In this document: positions 25,237 to 27,845 of the stretch, in pieces
Layout of the letters: every line of letters begins with the position of its first letter
How positions within the stretch are numbered: the stretch's first letter is position 1
IMG/VR virus record: IMGVR_UViG_3300032292_000879
Coordinates: 1-27,845 of that record
Reading direction: 5' to 3' (one strand)
Origin: a virus
Lineage: Duplodnaviria; Caudoviricetes
Length of the DNA: 27,845 nucleotides
Notes under the pieces: generated by a model
What the model saw: only the letters and a program-made list of their open reading frames with translations
Told to the model about the DNA's origin: nothing
Database searches by the model: none
Program-made: the position numbers and the translations under genes

Positions 25237-27111
25237 TTACCACTGGTGGATGAAGTTGCGGCGGGGTTTGGAGGTGGTGGGGGCGGGTTTTGGAGGTGGG
25301 GGCGTACCAGCGGAGCCGAGGGTGCGCTCGAATTGGTCCCAGATGGTGCGGCGGTCGTACTTCTGGTAGAGGCGGTGGAGCGCGGCGTAGGCGTAGTTGA
25401 GTTCGTCGAGAGCTTCGTTGGGGGACTGGGATTTCTTGACCCAGATGCGTTCGGGGAAGCCGTTGCGGAAGCGGAGGATCTGTTTTTCGGCGGTCAGTTC
25501 CTCGAAGTAGTCGTTGGTGATGGTGGGGTAGAAGTGGAGGTAGCCCGGACCAGGGTCGTTGTGTTTGAGGCGGCCGAATAAGAGGGACTTGATTCCGTCA
25601 ACGCCCACATTGAAAATTTGCACCCCTTTCTTAAGCAGCTTGCCATTGTAGTTCACGTCAACTTTGGACGGCTTACTTAGGGGCGGTTTGCCTTTCTGAT
25701 TAGCGCCTTTGATGGGGATTACGCCGAGGGCGGCGCGTTCGCGGGCGTATTGGTAGACCTCCTGGGTGTGGTGACCGCCGGAGTCGATCGCCATGATTTG
25801 GATGCTTAGGGAGTCGCCGGATTCGTTGGTGTAGGGGGTGCGGAGAACTTCGTCGAGTTGTTTCCAGACGTCGGGGCGGCTGGGGCTGCCGTAGAGCTTG
25901 ATGCGATCGACGAGCCAGCCCTCCTCGTCGCGGCCCCACGCCCAGACGCTGACGCTGAGGCGGTCGTCCTGGCAGTCGCATCCCGCTGTAAGTACGAGGC
26001 CTTCGATGGGTGGGCAGTGCTGCTTGTACGCCTCCTTAGCGGCGCGTTCCATCAGGGAGGCGGCGCCGATCTTGGAGGCGTATTCGTCCTCCCAAGTTTC
26101 GCCGAGGACGGTGTTGACAAATGTCTTTAGCTGCTCCGCGTTCTGCTTAGCGTCGAGGAATTCTTCGACGAGGTTGGACCAGGAGGCGTTAGGGGAGTAG
26201 GAGTAGGCGGCCCAGATGTGGAAGCCGATGTGGCGGCCGTTGCCGGGGGCGGTGGGACGCCATTCGCCGCGTTCCACCATCCAGCGCTTTTTGCTGTGGG
26301 GGATGAGGGTGCCGCAGGATTCGCAGGCGTAGGCGGCGGTGGAGGGGTCGTTGTCGGTCCAGCGGATGTTGGACCAGCGGAGGTATTGCATGTGGGAGCA
26401 GTCTGGGCAGGGCACGTAGTAGCGGCGCTGGTCGGACTGCTGGAACATGCGTTCCACCCGGCTGAAGTCGCGGATGGTGGGGGTGGAGCCGGAGACGATC
26501 TTGCGGTTCCAGTAATACTCGGTACGGCGGATGCCTAGTTTTATCTGGTCGCCCTCGGCACCGGCGGATGCGGGGTAGCCGTCGATTTCGTCGAAGAGGA
26601 CGATGCGGCGGCTGACGCGGCGGAAGCCTCGGGGGGAGTTGGCGCCGACGAGGCTGAGCGTTCCACCGGGGAATTGCTTCTGAAGGATGGTGTTGGCGCC
26701 GTCCTTTGCTTTGGCTTCGCTGACGAGGCCGCGCAGGCAGGGGGTGTCGCGGAGCATGGGCGCGATCTCCTCTTTCGAGTAGCCCTGAGCGTCCTCAATC
26801 GTGGGCTGCACCAGCATGATGGGTGCGGGATCTTGGTGAATGTGATAGGCGATTACATGGTTGAGGATCTTGCTATAGCCGACACGGGCAGATTTCATTA
26901 CGGTTATCTGTTCGACGTTATGATCGCTTATTGCGTCCATAATGCCTTTTTGATAGGGTAAAGTGCGCCAACGGCCGCCTTCTGCGCTGGATTCGGCGCT
27001 TAGATAGGCGTAGGAATCGGCCCACTCGCTAAGGGTGAGGCGCTTGGGTGGGGCGAAGGCTGAGAGGGCGGCACGTTCTAAGCGGGTGATGTTTGCGGAA
27101 GCTGTAGGCAT
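25237..27111 (-). CDS. terL: Terminase large subunit, lambda GpA family
   Basis: PYQKGIMD, Walker A MKSARVGYS, Walker B VLFDEIDGY, STPT, CPDC/CESC, FVNTVLGETW, IDSGG and NEALD. Confidence 0.97.
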   Translation of the reverse strand: MPTASANITRLERAALSAFAPPKRLTLSEWADSYAYLSAESSAEGGRWRTLPYQKGIMDAISDHNVEQITVMKSARVGYSKILNHVIAYHIHQDPAPIMLVQPTIEDAQGYSKEEIAPMLRDTPCLRGLVSEAKAKDGANTILQKQFPGGTLSLVGANSPRGFRRVSRRIVLFDEIDGYPASAGAEGDQIKLGIRRTEYYWNRKIVSGSTPTIRDFSRVERMFQQSDQRRYYVPCPDCSHMQYLRWSNIRWTDNDPSTAAYACESCGTLIPHSKKRWMVERGEWRPTAPGNGRHIGFHIWAAYSYSPNASWSNLVEEFLDAKQNAEQLKTFVNTVLGETWEDEYASKIGAASLMERAAKEAYKQHCPPIEGLVLTAGCDCQDDRLSVSVWAWGRDEEGWLVDRIKLYGSPSRPDVWKQLDEVLRTPYTNESGDSLSIQIMAIDSGGHHTQEVYQYARERAALGVIPIKGANQKGKPPLSKPSKVDVNYNGKLLKKGVQIFNVGVDGIKSLLFGRLKHNDPGPGYLHFYPTITNDYFEELTAEKQILRFRNGFPERIWVKKSQSPNEALDELNYAYAALHRLYQKYDRRTIWDQFERTLGSAGTPPPPKPAPTTSKPRRNFIHQW

Positions 27112-27150
27112 AAGCGGCGTGGGGGCCTGGGGGCTTGGGGGCGTGGGAGC

Positions 27151-27684
27151 TTAGAGATCGCTGTCGTGGTCTTGGGTGTCACCACTTAGGTCCTCTAGGG
27201 TTTCGCGGACGATTTCGTCAAGGATGCCTATGGCGGAGACGTCGAGATCGGGTATGCGTTGCTTGGCTTTTGTGGGGATGCCGAGGATTTTGGTGCGTGC
27301 CAGGGTGATTATTTCGACCCATTTTGTCTCGATTTCGGCTGCGGGGACGAGGAGGCCTTCCTTCTGCTGGCGTTCCAGCTCCAGAAGTTCGGCTTTTAGG
27401 TGCTCGGTGCGGGCGCGGCTCTCGTTGTACTCGGGGACGGCTTCGGTGGTGCGGGCCAGGCGCTCAGGGCGCGGGCGGGGCGTACCAGCGGCAGGCATCG
27501 GGCCAACGCCGATGCGGCGCTGCGTGTTCTGCGCCCATTCCTCGCGCATGGTGTCGCTATTTACAAGCACACGGCCGTCAGCAGCGTTGATGACACTGAG
27601 ACGACCAGTGCGGATCGCAGCGTAAACCGCTTCTTTAGTGACACCTAGAGCGCGAGCGGCGTCAGTTCGTGAAATGAGTGGCAT
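27151..27684 (-). CDS. terS: Terminase small subunit, Nu1-like (likely start ATG 27684)
   Basis: N-terminal HTH (SRTDAARALGVTKEAVYAAIRTGRL) and coiled coil ESRARTEHLKAELLELE...GLLVP. Directly upstream of terL. Confidence 0.88.
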   Translation of the reverse strand: MPLISRTDAARALGVTKEAVYAAIRTGRLSVINAADGRVLVNSDTMREEWAQNTQRRIGVGPMPAAGTPRPRPERLARTTEAVPEYNESRARTEHLKAELLELERQQKEGLLVPAAEIETKWVEIITLARTKILGIPTKAKQRIPDLDVSAIGILDEIVRETLEDLSGDTQDHDSDL

Positions 27685-27845
27685 AAGCAAATTGTAGACG
27701 AAGAAAGTTATGGATGAGTAGGGTTGAAAGCAAATACACGTGCTAAGCTGTCCGGTTTTGCATTTTTCCGGGTAAGGGGAGCTGTTTTTGTATAACGCTA
27801 AACAACTTTTGCGTGCTGTGCCTAGCTATATAATGCGACTCGAAA

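Larger units (their letters stand above)
419..27487 (-). repeat. Dispersed strand-polarised motif TGGWACG (CGTWCCA on +), about 45 copies
   Basis: Hand-located positions are listed in the first finding. Only about 6 copies occur in the opposite orientation. Confidence 0.85.

Noticed and set aside
4573-25981. P/S/T/R-rich alternative-frame minus-strand ORFs
   Set aside because: Off-frame products of strong third-position C bias.
141-26700. Cyanobacterial HIP1 (GCGATCGC) or GGCGCC enrichment
   Set aside because: No HIP1 noticed. About 28 GGCGCC copies is close to what this GC content predicts.
1-27845. Alternative genetic code, tRNA, integrase, lysis or defence genes
   Set aside because: Standard-code ORFs tile the window with tight junctions, and none of these elements was recognisable.

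Overview
The window is the complete head and tail morphogenesis module of a lambda-like siphovirus. All genes are on the minus strand and read right to left: terS, terL, gpW-like adaptor, portal, a 996-aa multi-domain protease-capsid polyprotein, head/neck proteins, tail terminator, tail tube, G/GT chaperones joined by a -1 frameshift, tape measure, M/L/K/I/J tail tip, two fibre/adaptor cassettes, dCTP deaminase and a 45-aa basic protein. C-rich leaders without Shine-Dalgarno sequences and the gene families suggest a picocyanobacterial host, which is an inference. The most unusual signals are: (1) a strand-polarised motif, CGTWCCA on + (TGGWACG on the coding strand), about 45 copies versus about 6 in the opposite orientation, present in all three reading frames and going against codon bias; (2) a second polarised motif, CTAAGC, that is tandemly arrayed after the tail tube gene and overlaps a candidate promoter element; (3) a HiPIP-like 4-Cys domain among four accessory domains at the N-terminus of the capsid polyprotein. 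All counts were made by eye and are approximate, and family assignments come from motif recognition rather than database searches.
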